From contig OX638154.1 of NCBI GenBank assembly GCA_951804945.1, forward strand, positions 32,922,001 to 32,986,000: 64,000 nt of DNA, read 5' to 3'. A model generated the notes under the pieces. It worked only from the letters and a program-made list of their open reading frames with translations, did no database searches and had not been told where the DNA came from. Position 1 is the first letter of the stretch. Every line of letters starts with the position of its first letter. Shown here piece after piece: positions 51,186-63,617 of the stretch. The stretch is from Podarcis cretensis (lineage: Eukaryota). The position numbers and the translations under genes were made by a program.

Positions 51186-51880
51186 GTAGGAGAAGTCCTG
51201 GTGATGTGGGCCATGACCTTCTTTCTCACAAGTAGCTCAGGATTAGAGATGATATGAATCTCCACAATCTGCAAATTCTTATGCAGATATTGTTTATATG
51301 CTTTTGTGGAAGTGTTCTGGTAAGCTGCAGGTCTGATAATATCAATGTTTTTTATTTTTCTTAAGGCAACAATTGGATGTGCAAGGTCATGCAAAGCAAA
51401 AACAAATCAAATTTTCTTTGGTTTTAAACCTGTTCTGGATAACAAGATATATTCATGTCTCATAATGGAGCATATAACACGCAGAGAGGGCTTCAGCTGG
51501 GGATCAGCCCATTTTCTATAAAATGCATTCATATTTGCAATGAGACTTTTACAGTTCAGATGTGCTTTCCAATGGGGAATCTTTCCTGCGGCATTTGACT
51601 AGCTACTGTGGAAGACAGAGAGTGTTAGAGTAAATGGAACTTTGGTCAGATCCAGCAAGGCAGGCCTTACAGAACATTTGGCTTAAACCTTGATGTTCTC
51701 TGTCTTGGAGATGTTAATCTATCTATAGCATACTGTGTTTGTTGCCCAGTTAAATATGCTATGTAGCCTCTTCTGCAAGGATATTTATCAAGACAACTGA
51801 CCTGCAAGAGTAGACCTACACATTAGTAGATTGGGGCACTTAGCTGTGCTTTTCTTTGCATGTGTGGACTGTGAAAGCAT

Positions 51881-52093
51881 GCTTGTTGTTTAGTCATTTA
51901 GTCGTGTCCGACTCTTCGTGACCCCATGGACCAGAGCATGCCAGGCACTCTTGTCTTCCACTGCCTCCTGCAGTTTGGTCAGACTCATGTTGGTAGCTTC
52001 GAGAACACTGTCTAACCATCTCGTCCTCTGTCGTCCCCTTCTCCTTGTGCCCTCAGTCTTTCCCAGCATCAGGGTCTTTCCCTGAAAAGCTTA
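51881..52093 (-). mobile_element. 5'-truncated BovB
   Basis: BovB 3' end with (CAA) tail; TSD TGTGAAAGCAT at 51870-51880 and 52094-52104. Confidence 0.85.
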
Positions 52094-52760
52094 TGTGAAA
52101 GCATAAACAACAGCAAATGAAGCTATGGGGATTAAATGGGAAAGCTTTGGTCCCCCAAAATAAATAATTCCAAAATGTGTGTAAAATGATGAACATCCTA
52201 CATTCATGTTTACACCGATATGGTCTGAGCTGGCAAGTGTCTGACCAGGAAAGCTCAATGAAAACATTGGCTCAGTATGCCACTTTAATAATAATAATAA
52301 TAGTAATAATAATAATAGTAAATTTCATGTTAGGAAAGCTTAGGAAAGGGTTTGAAAACAAGCCTGCTGATATCGTAATGCCTTAATACAAATCCATGGT
52401 GAGACCACACTAAGAATACTGTGCACAGTTCTGATCTGTGCACTTAAGAAACAATACAGGACATCTCAAAAAGTTGCAGGACCAGACTCCCAAAAGACCA
52501 GAGGCTAGAACACCTCCCCAAAGCTACAGTGTCTGGGGCTGTTTAGTTTAGGGGGGCGGAAAGCAAGTTAGGGGAGGCATGGAGGTGAATCTGTGGCTCT
52601 TCACATGTTGGATTCCAAAGTCCTATCGACACTAACCAGCATGCCAAATGTGAAGGGAGCTGCAGTCCAACCACATCTAGAGCACCACAGGTTCTCCTTG
52701 CCTGACTTGTAGACTCATCAGCCCAGCATATGCTCACAGAGTCTGTTTCCTTTGTCCCAG

Positions 52761-52940
52761 GTCAAGAGATCCCACTTTCTGGCTACCCTGCCCAGCCTCC
52801 AGGGCCTTACCCTATGGATCCCAAAGCTGGGCCAGCACCGTATCATCCTGGCTATACACCAGTTGTTTCCTATCCTCCCACAGCACCAGCTGCACAGTAT
52901 CCTCTATACCCACCTGGGCCACCATACTACAACCCTGCAG
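52761..52940 (+). CDS. SHISA4: SHISA4 exon 4 (Pro/Tyr-rich tail)
   Basis: GQEIPLSGYPAQPPGPYPMDPKAGP...PPGPPYYNPA; 180 nt. Confidence 0.93.
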
Positions 52941-53479
52941 GTAAGAAAGGAGGGGGAAATCAGACTTGAAGACAAGTGGGCCTTAGTTAAAGCTTTGTCT
53001 TATCCTCTCCTTCTGTATAGAGATCCTGCCTTAGGAATTGAAGTGTTACGTTTCATTCAGCCACCAAATGGGGAAAGAAGGGGGCTGGTGTTGGGAACCT
53101 TCAGGTTTTGTTAGACATAAACTCCCATCTCCCCCAGCTACCATGGACAATACTCAGGGATCGCAGGAATTGTGGTCCAGAAACTTCTGCAGGTTTCTGA
53201 GATTAGCCGCCCCGTTCTAGACCAACATCTCCAGAACAGAGGTTACTACCGGGAAGTGGAAGATGGTCCAACAGGGCGAATGGTGAACTCTTCTACCAAC
53301 ATTGGCCAGCCTCTGCCTGCCTTCTTAACTTACATTCATTCCAGGGGGTGGCACTGTCTCCTCCCAAGTATCAGGGTTGCTATTGACTCCTACATCTGTA
53401 GAGTAGGCTGCATTTCAGCCATTGCCAACTCAGCAGGGAGGAGGTTGGGGAGGTGGGAAACTCAAATTAGTTGGCTCTG

Positions 53480-53701
53480 CAGTCGTACCTTGGTTTTCGA
53501 ACAGCTTAGTTCTTGAAAGTTTTGGCTCCCAAACGCCGCAAACCCGCAAGTGAATCCGAATGTCTGATGGGGCTTCTGCAGCTTCTGATTGGCTGCAGGA
53601 GCTTTCTTCAGCCAATCAGAAGCCACGCTTTGATTTCTGAACATTTTGGAAGTCAAACGGACTTCTGAAATGGTTTCCGTTCAACTTCCAAGGTACGACT
53701 G
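53480..53701. mobile_element. Tc1/mariner MITE, related subfamily
   Basis: TIRs CAGTCGTACCTTGG/CCAAGGTACGACTG, with an internal palindrome. Confidence 0.78.
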
Positions 53702-54147
53702 TACTTGGCTCTGGCTCCATGTGTTGTTGGCCTCCCTGCCTTCTGTCTTACCAGTCCCAATGGGCGCACTAGCCATCACTGCTACCAGGGTGGTTTAATG
53801 ATAAATTCCTCTTCACAGAGAGCTCTGGGAATTGTAGCTCTGGAGGCAGAATCTGGGTCTTCTCATAACTCTCAGCACACTTCAGCTCCCAGTATTCTTT
53901 AGGGGAAGCCATGACTCTTTAAAATGGCATCATAGTGCTTTAAATCTGTGGTGTGAATGTTGCGCAAGAGCTTCTTCTGGTTGTTCCTGAGATGCGGGGA
54001 GACAACACCCCCCTTATCCTTGTGCACTGTGCAGTATGCATCTGCTGAATGATGACTTTCACATCCACCCCTCCCTCTGAGGCTAGTCTCACTTTAACCT
54101 TCCATGCCTCTGGCCACATCCTGATTGCCCCTCTCTTTCTGCTGCAG

Positions 54148-54194
54148 CTCCCCCACCCTACATCCCACCACAGCCGTCACAGCCCAGCACCTGA
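54148..54194 (+). CDS. SHISA4: SHISA4 exon 5 (PPxY motif, stop)
   Basis: APPPYIPPQPSQPST*. Total CDS 591 nt = 196 aa. Candidate ATTAAA polyA signal at 54790-54795. Confidence 0.9.
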
Positions 54195-57100
54195 GGAGGA
54201 CCTTGCAGAGACTATCCAAAGGAGCCCTTTCTCTCTGGGTCTGCTATTTCCACAGAACCTGTATTGGGTTTCCCGCTGCACTGAAACTCCAGCCCAAGCT
54301 TCAGCATTTGCCAGTGTCCCTACTAGTTACCTTTTGCTCTGCATGGTAGGAGGCATCATGACTCTCTACATCTTTGCCTGCGCACCCGCCACCCCCAATT
54401 CTTGCAATTCCTGCCTGTGTCACTGTGGGGAAGCTGATAGTCCCCCTTGCTTTCCACCTGGGCTCAGGAAAGAGCATGTGTTAAGACTGCTACAAATGCC
54501 ATATGTGTCACTTGACTGTTCCATTGACTGTTCAGCTGAGCCTCTTCGATGGGAAAGGAAGAGGTGTCTCAAGGTGGCAACGAAGAGCAAAGTGCAATGG
54601 TCTGTATCTCACAGAAGGACATTGGTCCACCCTGTTCCCTGACAAAGCACAAGGATCCATTACGCCTGCTGTTCATGGCCCCAGGTTGAAGTTTTGTCTC
54701 TTAAGGAAGTCCTGAAACTTTGGAAAAAGGGGATGGGAGGATACGCAAAAACCCCAGGAGCCTGATACCACATGTGGCTGTTATACACCATTAAACTTAC
54801 TCACCCAGTGTCCCTTCTTTTTTTTTTACAAAAACAGCTAAGCTGGGTACTTATCCAGCATCCCTTACCCAAACCCTTTCCACTTCAGCTTTGTCTGTGG
54901 CCTTTGAGGGGTGGGTGGAGCTTAGAGCATCTACTTTAAATGAGGTTCTTTGCAGCGTAGCCATTATTTCACGTTTCCCCCAGGAAGTTATTGGTGCTCC
55001 CTGTAGCTTTGCCCGTATTCTGGCTGCATGGCTCTTTGTCTTGGCTGAGCAGCTCACCAATTTGCTCCTGCAGGCTTAAACCAGCCCTTCCTCTCAAACG
55101 ATAGCAACCTTCGGTCTGTGGAGATGAGGATGCAAGGTCCAGGGTGATGTCTCTCTCCTGATTCATTGACGCCAACCTTTGGAGCGGATAGTGTTGGAAA
55201 CTGACTCTTACAGTTTAATTCTCTGGAGTAGAATCATGGCACAGGGAGCAAGGCAAGAGTGTGGAACAAAGGCACAATATACCAGTCAGGGTACAAAAGC
55301 GATCATTGTGTGCAAAAAGGGAAATGTTGATGTCACAGCAGTGAAGCAGTTCCCCTTGAGCTCATGGCTCTTAGGAACGGATGAGGCCAATGGGCCCATT
55401 GTAAAGAGGGAAAATGCACCATGCACGTGACCTTTACTGCAAGACCAGAGCACAACTTTACATGGTGTGTTGCTGTCTTATGGAGCTGGGCTGCCGAGAA
55501 CGTTGTCTGGGAGTACATCTCAGGAGAGAGCTCAGACCTCTGTCTCTAGGGTGGAGAATCTCGCAAATATTTATTTGAAGTATGGGGCAGTATAGAAATA
55601 GCTTAAATAAATAACCTGTGCTCCCCCCACTGCTGGACTCCATCAACACCAGCTAACATGGCTAATAGGCAGGGATGATGGAAGCAGTAGTCTAGCAACA
55701 TCTAGAACAGCCTGTCCCCACCTTGGGTCCCCAAACGTTGCTGGACTACAACTCCCATCAGCCAAAGCCAATGGTCAGGGATGATGGGAATTGTAGTCCA
55801 ACCAGCTGGGAATCCAAAGTTGGCAAAGGATGATCTGGAGGACCCCAGGTTCCCCATCCCTACCCTAGGTCAAGCCTTGTTCCCACTGTGTGGGGGGCAT
55901 GGCCCTGCTATTTTCCGGGAGCTCATGTTATAGTCAGAATGACAAGTGTTGGCATCACAAAATGTTGGCTAAAATGTGGATTAAACTTGTAAATACTGAT
56001 AAAGCAACTGTTTTACGTGTGTGTTCTTCCTCTCTGTGAGGCATACAGGATGGTACATAAACCTGAAGCTGGTTCTGGGAGAATAACAACACTTAAGAGC
56101 GCTTTTCTCACTTTTGGAAGGATTAAGAGCTTGATATGGGGAAAATACGAGTATGTTGGAGAAAGGAAGGAAAGTGAGTCGGTGTGATTCTGCACTGAGG
56201 TGTGCACTCACAGGCCACTCAGAGTATTAATGTTTACAAACAGCTGCAAAGGTAAGCTTCTCCCACTTCTAAAGTGTAATTCTCAAGCAAGCTGGGGGGG
56301 GGGGAATATAGGCCAAAGTAGCCCAGCCAGTATTAAATAGCTAACTAAAGCCTGGTTGCCATGGTAACACAGGCTTGAATTTGGAACAGTGCTCTTGGTG
56401 TACAAAAATATCCCTACAGCGTTTCCCTGAACTGCAGCCCCATGTTTTAATTACAGCACTGTTTGAGAAACCTGTAGACCTTCGGATGTTACTGGACTGC
56501 AACTCATCAGTCTCCCCAGTTGGGCTGATGGGCGTTGACAGTCCAACAATAGGTGAAGGCACTCATGTTCCCCATCACAGAGGTACAGGTTTGCTCTCCT
56601 CCTTGACCCTCAGAGCTTTCTCTTTCTCCCCCCCTGAAGCATTCCTTCCCAAATGGGCACTCATTTCCCCCATGTAACTGACTTCATTTGCAAGGACAAC
56701 CACTTAACAGACGTTTTAATTTTGGATCAAATTTTGTCATGAGAAATCTTTCTTCTGCCTCTGAATGGTGTCTTACCCAGCCATAGGAATCTAACTGGAT
56801 CTCTGTATTCCTGCCACTGCCACTTCAACCTGAGGCTGTAAGCTTAAAAGTACTGTATGTTGCCATCTAGATCAACAATCAATAATTCTGTTGTAGTGGG
56901 CACTGTTCTTGCCCCCAGGGCAACCATAAGTGGACTCCACAACAAGTTTTAGCTCTTGATGATTTTCAGCAGGGCAAACCAAGCCCCTTCTGCTGATAAC
57001 TGTGATCGGCAGAGGAAAAAAAAGAGCACTGTGGAGGGACAGTTGGAGCAATAAGACCAAGTAAGTAAAATGGAGGTAGAAAAATCAGGGTTGTTCACTC

Positions 57101-57212
57101 CTTAGAAAAAGGACTCTGGATTTTCAGTGGAGACAGAAGCAGGGTGACGCAGTGCACAAACTACTGTTTAGCTAGATGGTCCACCAATAGCACAGACATG
57201 CTCTGCTTGGTA

Positions 57213-57471
57213 CCGTATTTTTCGCTCTATAAGACTCACTTTTTTCCCTCCTAAAAAGTAAGGGGAAATGTGTGTGTGTCTTATGGAGCGAATGCAGGCT
57301 GCGCAGCTATCACAGAAGCCAGAACAGCAAGAGGGATTGCTGCTTTCACTGCGCAGCGATCCCTCTTACTGTTCTGGCCTCTGATATTCAGAATATTTTT
57401 TTCTTGTTTTCCTCCTCCAAAAACTAGGTGCGTCTTTTGGTCTGGTGCGACTTATAGTGCGAAAAATACGG
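57213..57471. mobile_element. Tc1/mariner MITE
   Basis: TA|CCGTATTTTTCGC.CTATAAG...CTTATAG.GCGAAAAATACGG|TA. Confidence 0.85.
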
Positions 57472-57690
57472 TAACTGATTCTTAAGCAGAGATATCAATT
57501 TCACTGTTTTATTGAGCTGGGAATGGAAGGAGAATCCAAAGGAAAACCTGTCCTGAAAACAAACAAACCTGTAACTCCACAATAGCTGAATAAATTCTTC
57601 CCCATATTAGTCACTTCTGGAGTAGCTGGCACCTTTCCGTGAAAGGGCATGTGCATCCAGATTGCTCGGGATCTTCTGCCGGTGGACCCC

Positions 57691-58235
57691 TCATTGCTTG
57701 GGTACCACCTGCTGGCGGAGGTAGAGGTCCCGGATCTCGGACAGGCTGCTGCAGACGCCTCTCAGGGCTTCAGCAATGCTGTGCAAGATGGAGGCAGTCT
57801 CCCTGTGGCTCTCAGTATATTCCTGCCGGAAGGCACGCACCTCCTGTGCCAGCTGCTCATTTGACTGGACAATCCGCCTCTCTGCTTGGCTCAGATGGCT
57901 GCTTTCTGACAGCCCTTCCTGAATCGGCACAGTCTCAGGAGCAACCATATCTCCTATGTTGCAGTCGCTTAGGTGCCCAGGTGGTGGTGACTCATGGTCA
58001 AATGTGATGCTTGCATAATCCGAACCCAGGGCCTCTGAGAGCTCAGTCTGTGAGGAATTTGAGGGGCTTCTCCTCCAGCCCTCACAAGGATCATTGGGGG
58101 CATGGGCACAGCTCCTGATCAGCTGCGTCTCAGCCCCCTGGCTCCCACGCTGGTGGATGGCCTTAGTGGGAAGGAAGTGGAATGGCTCTGACTTCACATC
58201 TACTGGTTCTTCTTTCACTGGCTCCTCCTTCACAC
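57691..58235 (-). CDS. Myb/SANT-like protein, exon 2 (SUMO motifs, C-terminal coiled coil)
   Basis: Pyrimidine tract plus CAG acceptor at 58238-58236. Phase matches exon 1 (G|GT). 545-nt open frame; total 331 aa. AATAAA on the minus strand at 57508-57513. Confidence 0.82.
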
Positions 58236-58345
58236 CTGCCCAGAGCAGAGAGGACAGATCAGGTTAACTCAAAGTAGCAGCCAGCTAGAGCCACGAGCCC
58301 TTTCAGGGCTTTCCTGACATCCAAACATGCAGTTAAAAAGAGAGA

Positions 58346-58590
58346 GAAGAAGATGAGTTTGGATTGGATATCCCACTTTATCACTACCTGAAGGAGTCTC
58401 AAAGCGGCTAACATTCTCTTTTCCCTTCCTCCCCCACAACAAACACTCTGTGAGGTGAGTGGGGCTGAGAGACTTCAAAGAAGTGTGACTGGCCCAAGGT
58501 CACCCAGCAGCTGCATGTGGAGGAGCGGAGATGCAAACCTGGTTCCCCAGATTACGAGTCCACCGCTCTTAACCACTACACCACACTGGT
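58346..58590 (-). mobile_element. MIR/CORE-like SINE in the intron of the Myb/SANT gene
   Basis: Reverse tRNA-like head (GTGGTGTAGTGGTTAAGAGCGG) and CORE-like GTGACCTTGGGC. Confidence 0.7.
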
Positions 58591-60225
58591 GTAGAGAGAG
58601 AAAGCCAACTTCAAGTTGTCCCAAGAACCTATATCAAAGGCTCTATCATCATACAGAAATGTTTTGGTACAGGGAGACAAGAAAGTGGAAAAGAAAAATA
58701 TGCACTGCAAGATGGAGTATAAGAAGCTGCTTTGTACCACGTTAGACCACTGGTCCTTGTAATAGGTTTTTTTTCAGGCAGTCAAAGGTAGCTTGAAAGA
58801 GGGATTTCTAATTGTATGCATGCCCTTGGGCCATTTTTACCTCTGGGGAAAAACCACGAGCTTTCCACTATGTCAACAACCTGTAAAAACAGTTTGACAA
58901 AAATATGTGTACATAGCCATTGGAAGAAATGCTTTACCCCTCAATCTAAAAGGCTCTTGCCTTGCTGTATCTAACTTCCCTCATCTGTTGTTGCTGTGAA
59001 GAAATAACTCTCCGCATTATCAGGATACCACTCTCTACTACATTGTATCATCAATGCAACTTCTTCCTATCTTGTCATGTGATATGCATGGCAATGTCAG
59101 CACTTCAAAGACCAATCCATGCTGTTAAAAATAGTGATTTTGATAAAAATGAACCTAGCCTGAAGGCCAAGAGGGCAAAAGAACAGGAAATACATCAAGG
59201 CAGAGGCGGTGGCGGCACAAATGAACAGAAAGCTGAAAGAGCAGGCTATGAAAGCAAATGCTGGCCATATTCGCACCATACGTTTAAAGTGCTACGGTGC
59301 CACTTTAGTCACACCAAAGAATTCTGAGAAGTGTAGTTTGTTAAGGGTGCTGCAATTGGCAGGGTGGCTAAACAATCAAGTCCTCTTCCCAGAGTATTAT
59401 TGGAATTATAATTTTGTGAGGGGAATAGGCATCTCTTAACAAATCTCAACATCCCTTACCAAATGACATTTCCCAGGATTCTCTGGGGGAAGCCATGACT
59501 GCTTATAGTGGGATGATACCGCTTTAAATCAGGGTGCGGATGTGGCCTTCTGTTTGGAAAAATAATTGCCTTCACCTAACATCACAATAATATAAAGTGC
59601 AATGAGACTTCCAGAGTTCACACTCCAGCAGTAAGAGAACTTTTTATATTTTTATACCGGTATATATAAACTAGTGGCAAATGTGATAACAACTTGCTAG
59701 TTAATTACAGTTCTGTTTCCCCACATGCCTCCAGTTTGGTAGGCTTTGTGTAAGCAGAGGTATTTAAATGTGTTATTCCCAGTGCAGCTTAGCCCTTTGA
59801 TAGGGCTTTGATTTCACACGCCTCCCCACAGTGTCTGCAAGCAGCAATAACAAATTTATGTTGGGTGTGCAATAATGGAACTACTAAAGAGATTTTGGAT
59901 TGATTTTTATTGGACAAATGGATACATGGGAAAATAAATTTGCTTCTCTAATTTCAGCAACTGTAAACCTATTATCAAAATACTTCTCACCGCTAAGTGG
60001 ATGCTCGTGTTTCTTAGCTATACCAAAATCTTGTTTTGCTGGTCCAACAAATACACCCCAGGTGACTTTTTACATCAGTGGTCAGGTGCCTGTATGCCCA
60101 ATTCCTACCAGCCTCAGCCAGCAATGTCATTGGTGAGGGATGATGGGAACTGTAATTCAATGTGTGGAGGCCTGCAAGCTCCCCATCCCTGTTTTAAACC
60201 TGTCCAGGGGCAATTCCACACCATA

Positions 60226-60459
60226 CAGAGGTACCTCGGGTTGCATACGCTTCAGGTTACATACGCTTCAGGTTACAGACTCTGCTAACTCAGAAATAGT
60301 ACCTCGGGTTAAGAACTTTGCTACAGGATGAGAACAGAAATCGTGCTCCAGCGGCACGTCAGCAGCAGGAAGCCCCATTAGCTAAAGTGGTGCTTCAGGT
60401 TAAGAACAGTTTCAGGTTAAGAACGGACCTCCAGAATGAATTAACCCGAGGTACCACTG
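60226..60459 (+). mobile_element. Tc1/mariner MITE inserted at a TA within an older repeat
   Basis: TA flanks and TIRs; splits CCACACCATA|CATTTAAAGCAC. Confidence 0.82.
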
Positions 60460-61269
60460 TACATTTAAAGCACATGGCTCCTGCCCCCCCCCAAGACTCC
60501 TGGGAATTGTAGTTTTTCCCCTCCCAGAGTTAAAATTCACAGTGCCCTTAAACTACAGCTCCTAGCATTCTTTGAGGGAAGTCATGTGCATTGGATACAT
60601 GTGCCTTATGGGCATGCTGTGAGTATGCTAGGCCAAACGAAGTTAAGTGCTGCTAGAGCGATGACTCAACTTCCATGAGGCTGCTACATGGGTGGCGCCA
60701 GAGAGGGGTGGGGGGGCAATCACCCTCCAAACAAGCCCCACTCCCATTGCTGGACTCGTGTCATCAATATATGCTGTTGATTTTCTTTCAGTGATGTGGG
60801 TAACAACTTGCCCATCTAGAAATATACTTTGCCCCTTCTGTGCCTCCTACCCAGAAACATTTTTTTCTGGTGCCACCGCTGGGTGGATGAAAAGGGTCAC
60901 TGGTCAGTTCAGAGGTGGGGAGGCTTTGTGGGCCAACCTTCCAGGAGCCACATGTCAGTGATGAGTGGGCCAATGGCTGTGATTTCTAGTTTGAGAGGAA
61001 AGCTACATTCTAGAGATGAAATCCAGAGGTTTCTACACACACACACACACACACAATCCTCAGAACTCTGTTGAGCGTACTGGGAATGTGAGGTTTGTGG
61101 GTGGGAAACTATCGTTCCCAGGATTCTTTTGGGGGGAAGCCATGTGCTTTAAAAGCACACCGCATGCACTTTGAAGTGCACAGGGCATATCACACACTCA
61201 TACATCTATTCAGGCAAGCAAAAGGTATTCGTCACTCCCAAAGGACACACATTCCAGAAAGCCATATGA

Positions 61270-62230
61270 GAAGGCGTCATAGGGTCTGCGAGGGGCGTGG
61301 CCTACGGAGGGGGCAGTGCTAAACCAGAGCATCCCGAGGGCCAAATGGCTTCCAGCGGGCCGAATGGAGAGGCCTCATTGGGTCCCTGCGCCTGAGGGTT
61401 CCCCCACCTTTGGCTGTGGGCGGAGAACACTCACCCTGAAGAGCCACAACCTCCATAGCGGCAGGCGACAGCGGCGCATCCGAGGGGCGCACGCTGGGCG
61501 TGGTCCCCTCGGGGCCGAGCTCCGGTGAGCTGTGGGGCTCGCTGCTGCTGCTGCTGCTGCCGTCGCTGCCGGGGAGGTGGGCGAGGCGGGGTCGCCCCCC
61601 GGCCAGGGCCTGGCGCTGCAGGAGGCGGTGCCGGGCGATCTTGTCGTTGGCGCGGCGCCGCAGTCCCCGCCAGCGGTTCTTGACCTCGCCGATGTCGCGC
61701 TGGTTGCGCCCAGCCGCGTTGATCTTGTGGGTGATGCGCCACCAGATCTTCTGCTTCTCGTAGGCGTTGACGGTGGCGCCGCCGAAGAGCAGCTGCTCGT
61801 AGCGGAGCACCTCGCTCATCAGCACGTCGATCTCCTGCAGCGTGAAGTTGGGCTTGCGCTTCAGCAGCCCGCGGCGCCCGGCCATCGCGCGCACGCCCCA
61901 GACACATCGCTCTCCGCCGCCGGCGGGAGAAACGCGCGGGCGGCGGCGCGGAGAGAGCGCGAGAGCGCAAGGGCCTTTTGTCTGCTGCTGGCTGCGCCGG
62001 GCCAGCCCGTCTCTCGCCCCCTGGCGGAGGCACTTGGCGCAGAGAAAGGAGATGGGCGGCGTGGGAATCGGTGTTCGCGTGTTTGTGTTTGCTCCTTTAA
62101 AGGAGCTGGACCCCGGCTCTGTCCCCCTGCAGGCTAAATCTGATCCATGTGGAATCCCCGCTCTCCCACCCGGCAGAAGTTCTCCCACGTGGCGGGCAGA
62201 AGTTCAGCAGGTGATGCTTTTCACGGAGAG
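61270..62230 (-). promoter_or_regulatory. CpG island of the Myb/SANT-like gene
   Basis: Very CpG-dense block covering exon 1 and upstream sequence. Confidence 0.75.
61435..61885 (-). CDS. Uncharacterised Myb/SANT-like DNA-binding protein (MSANTD/NAIF1/MYPOP-type), exon 1
   Basis: Strong Kozak gcgATGG. KRKPNFTLQEIDVLMSEV...EKQKIWWRITHKINAAGRNQRDIGEVKNRWRGLRRR is a Myb/SANT-like trihelix pattern. GTGAGT donor, phase 1. Confidence 0.88.
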
Positions 62231-63462
62231 GCAGTGATGTGAAAGGTCTCCTTGCTGTAATTCCTCCTGCACATCACACGTGTAGTAAAAGCCCCAGAAT
62301 CCCATTTTAAAGACTAATTAATATATTGTGACATAAACTTTTGTTGACTAGGGAACCCCGCTTGTCTGGTGCGTGGAGATGAACTTACTTCCGCTTTAGC
62401 TTACCTGGTGTTCTGCAGCCGCCACTGTTTTGGGCTTCAACTTCCTTCAGCTCTAGCCAGGAGCAGGTTGGTTAAGGATTTCCTTCGTCGTACATTGCGT
62501 GCATTAGGGCTATCACTTGGTTCAATAAATTCCCGTCATTTGCACAGTTAAACGTGTGCTTAATTGGACTTAAAAGTCCATAATTGTGCCTGGATTGTGC
62601 CTTAATTGAATCTCAAAATATTAAAAACAAAATACCTCTGCAAATCAATCCAATAGCAATGTGCTTTTCCTTGAGCATGTGAGGCAAGAATCCCACCACT
62701 TGAGGGCAGGGCTGCATTAGCCAAGCGGAAAGCGAAGTCCCAGACTATTTCTCCATCCTTTCAGTGCATGCTGATTGGTGAAATCAAAGTGTCGGGATTG
62801 ATGATAGTTATTCAAGATTAACTAACACTGGAGTAAGACAGTGTCCAGCCTTGATTAAAATCCATTGCTCCGCCCCTGCCACTTGTGTTTTCCCCCTAAG
62901 TGTTGTGTTCCACAACTTGTGATAATGGTTACTACTACCGGTGCTCTAATGAAAGTGGGATCTAAGGACCCTGATCTTTCTACTGATCCTTTCACCAGGA
63001 GGGGAATGTGGAAATGAAGCTGAACAAGAATTCCCATATATTTCTTTTATTTCTGCCCTCTTCCCAATAAAAAGCAGGCCCCTTTACAGATGATTCCATT
63101 TTTACTGCCCCCTGCAAAAACAACAACAACAAAAAACAACAACCCCTACTTAAAAGGTGCCCAGCAGAAAAACAAATGCATCTATTTGTCTGGAATTTGG
63201 CAGACAATATTCACTCAGAAAGAGCTGGCAACCCGGCACATTTTAATCAGTTCTGGAAAAAAGAAAAAAAAAAGTGATAACTGATTAAACAGTGCGCTAG
63301 CCCCATTGAACTTCACCTTCCTCTCCATGGGCGTAGTCAAGGGGGTTGCACTGATAAAAATCAATATGAATCTGAGGTTCCCCCCCTAACAAAAATTCTG
63401 GCTACACCCATGTTCCTTTCATCTCCCTGCAGCCCTCTGTGTGCCCTCAAAATTTGGTCTGG

Positions 63463-63617
63463 AGGATTGGGATAGCTCAGTCAGTAGAGCTCTTCATCTG
63501 AGGGTCTCTTCATCTGAGGGTCATGTGTTCAAGCCCCATGTTGGGCAAAGTATTCTTCATTTCAGGGGGTTGGACTAGATGACCCTTGTGGCCTCTTCCA
63601 ACTCTATGAGTCTATGA
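63463..63617 (+). mobile_element. tRNA-derived SINE with CR1-type tail (tRNA-Lys-like head)
   Basis: GATAGCTCAGTCAGTAGAGC...GTTCAAGCCCCATGTTGGGC head with the same tail as the 9485 copy; internal 16-bp tandem duplication. Confidence 0.72.

Noticed and set aside
54049-54642. 197-aa ORF
   Set aside because: It overlaps the SHISA4 last exon and 3'UTR in another frame and has no domain.
61886-62188. N-terminal extension of the Myb/SANT ORF (289-aa track entry)
   Set aside because: It starts at GTG; the first in-frame ATG is at 61885 with strong Kozak context. The track ORF also runs past the splice donor.
63463-63550. tRNA genes at 9485 and 63463
   Set aside because: Degenerate cloverleafs fused to CR1-like tails; these are SINE heads.
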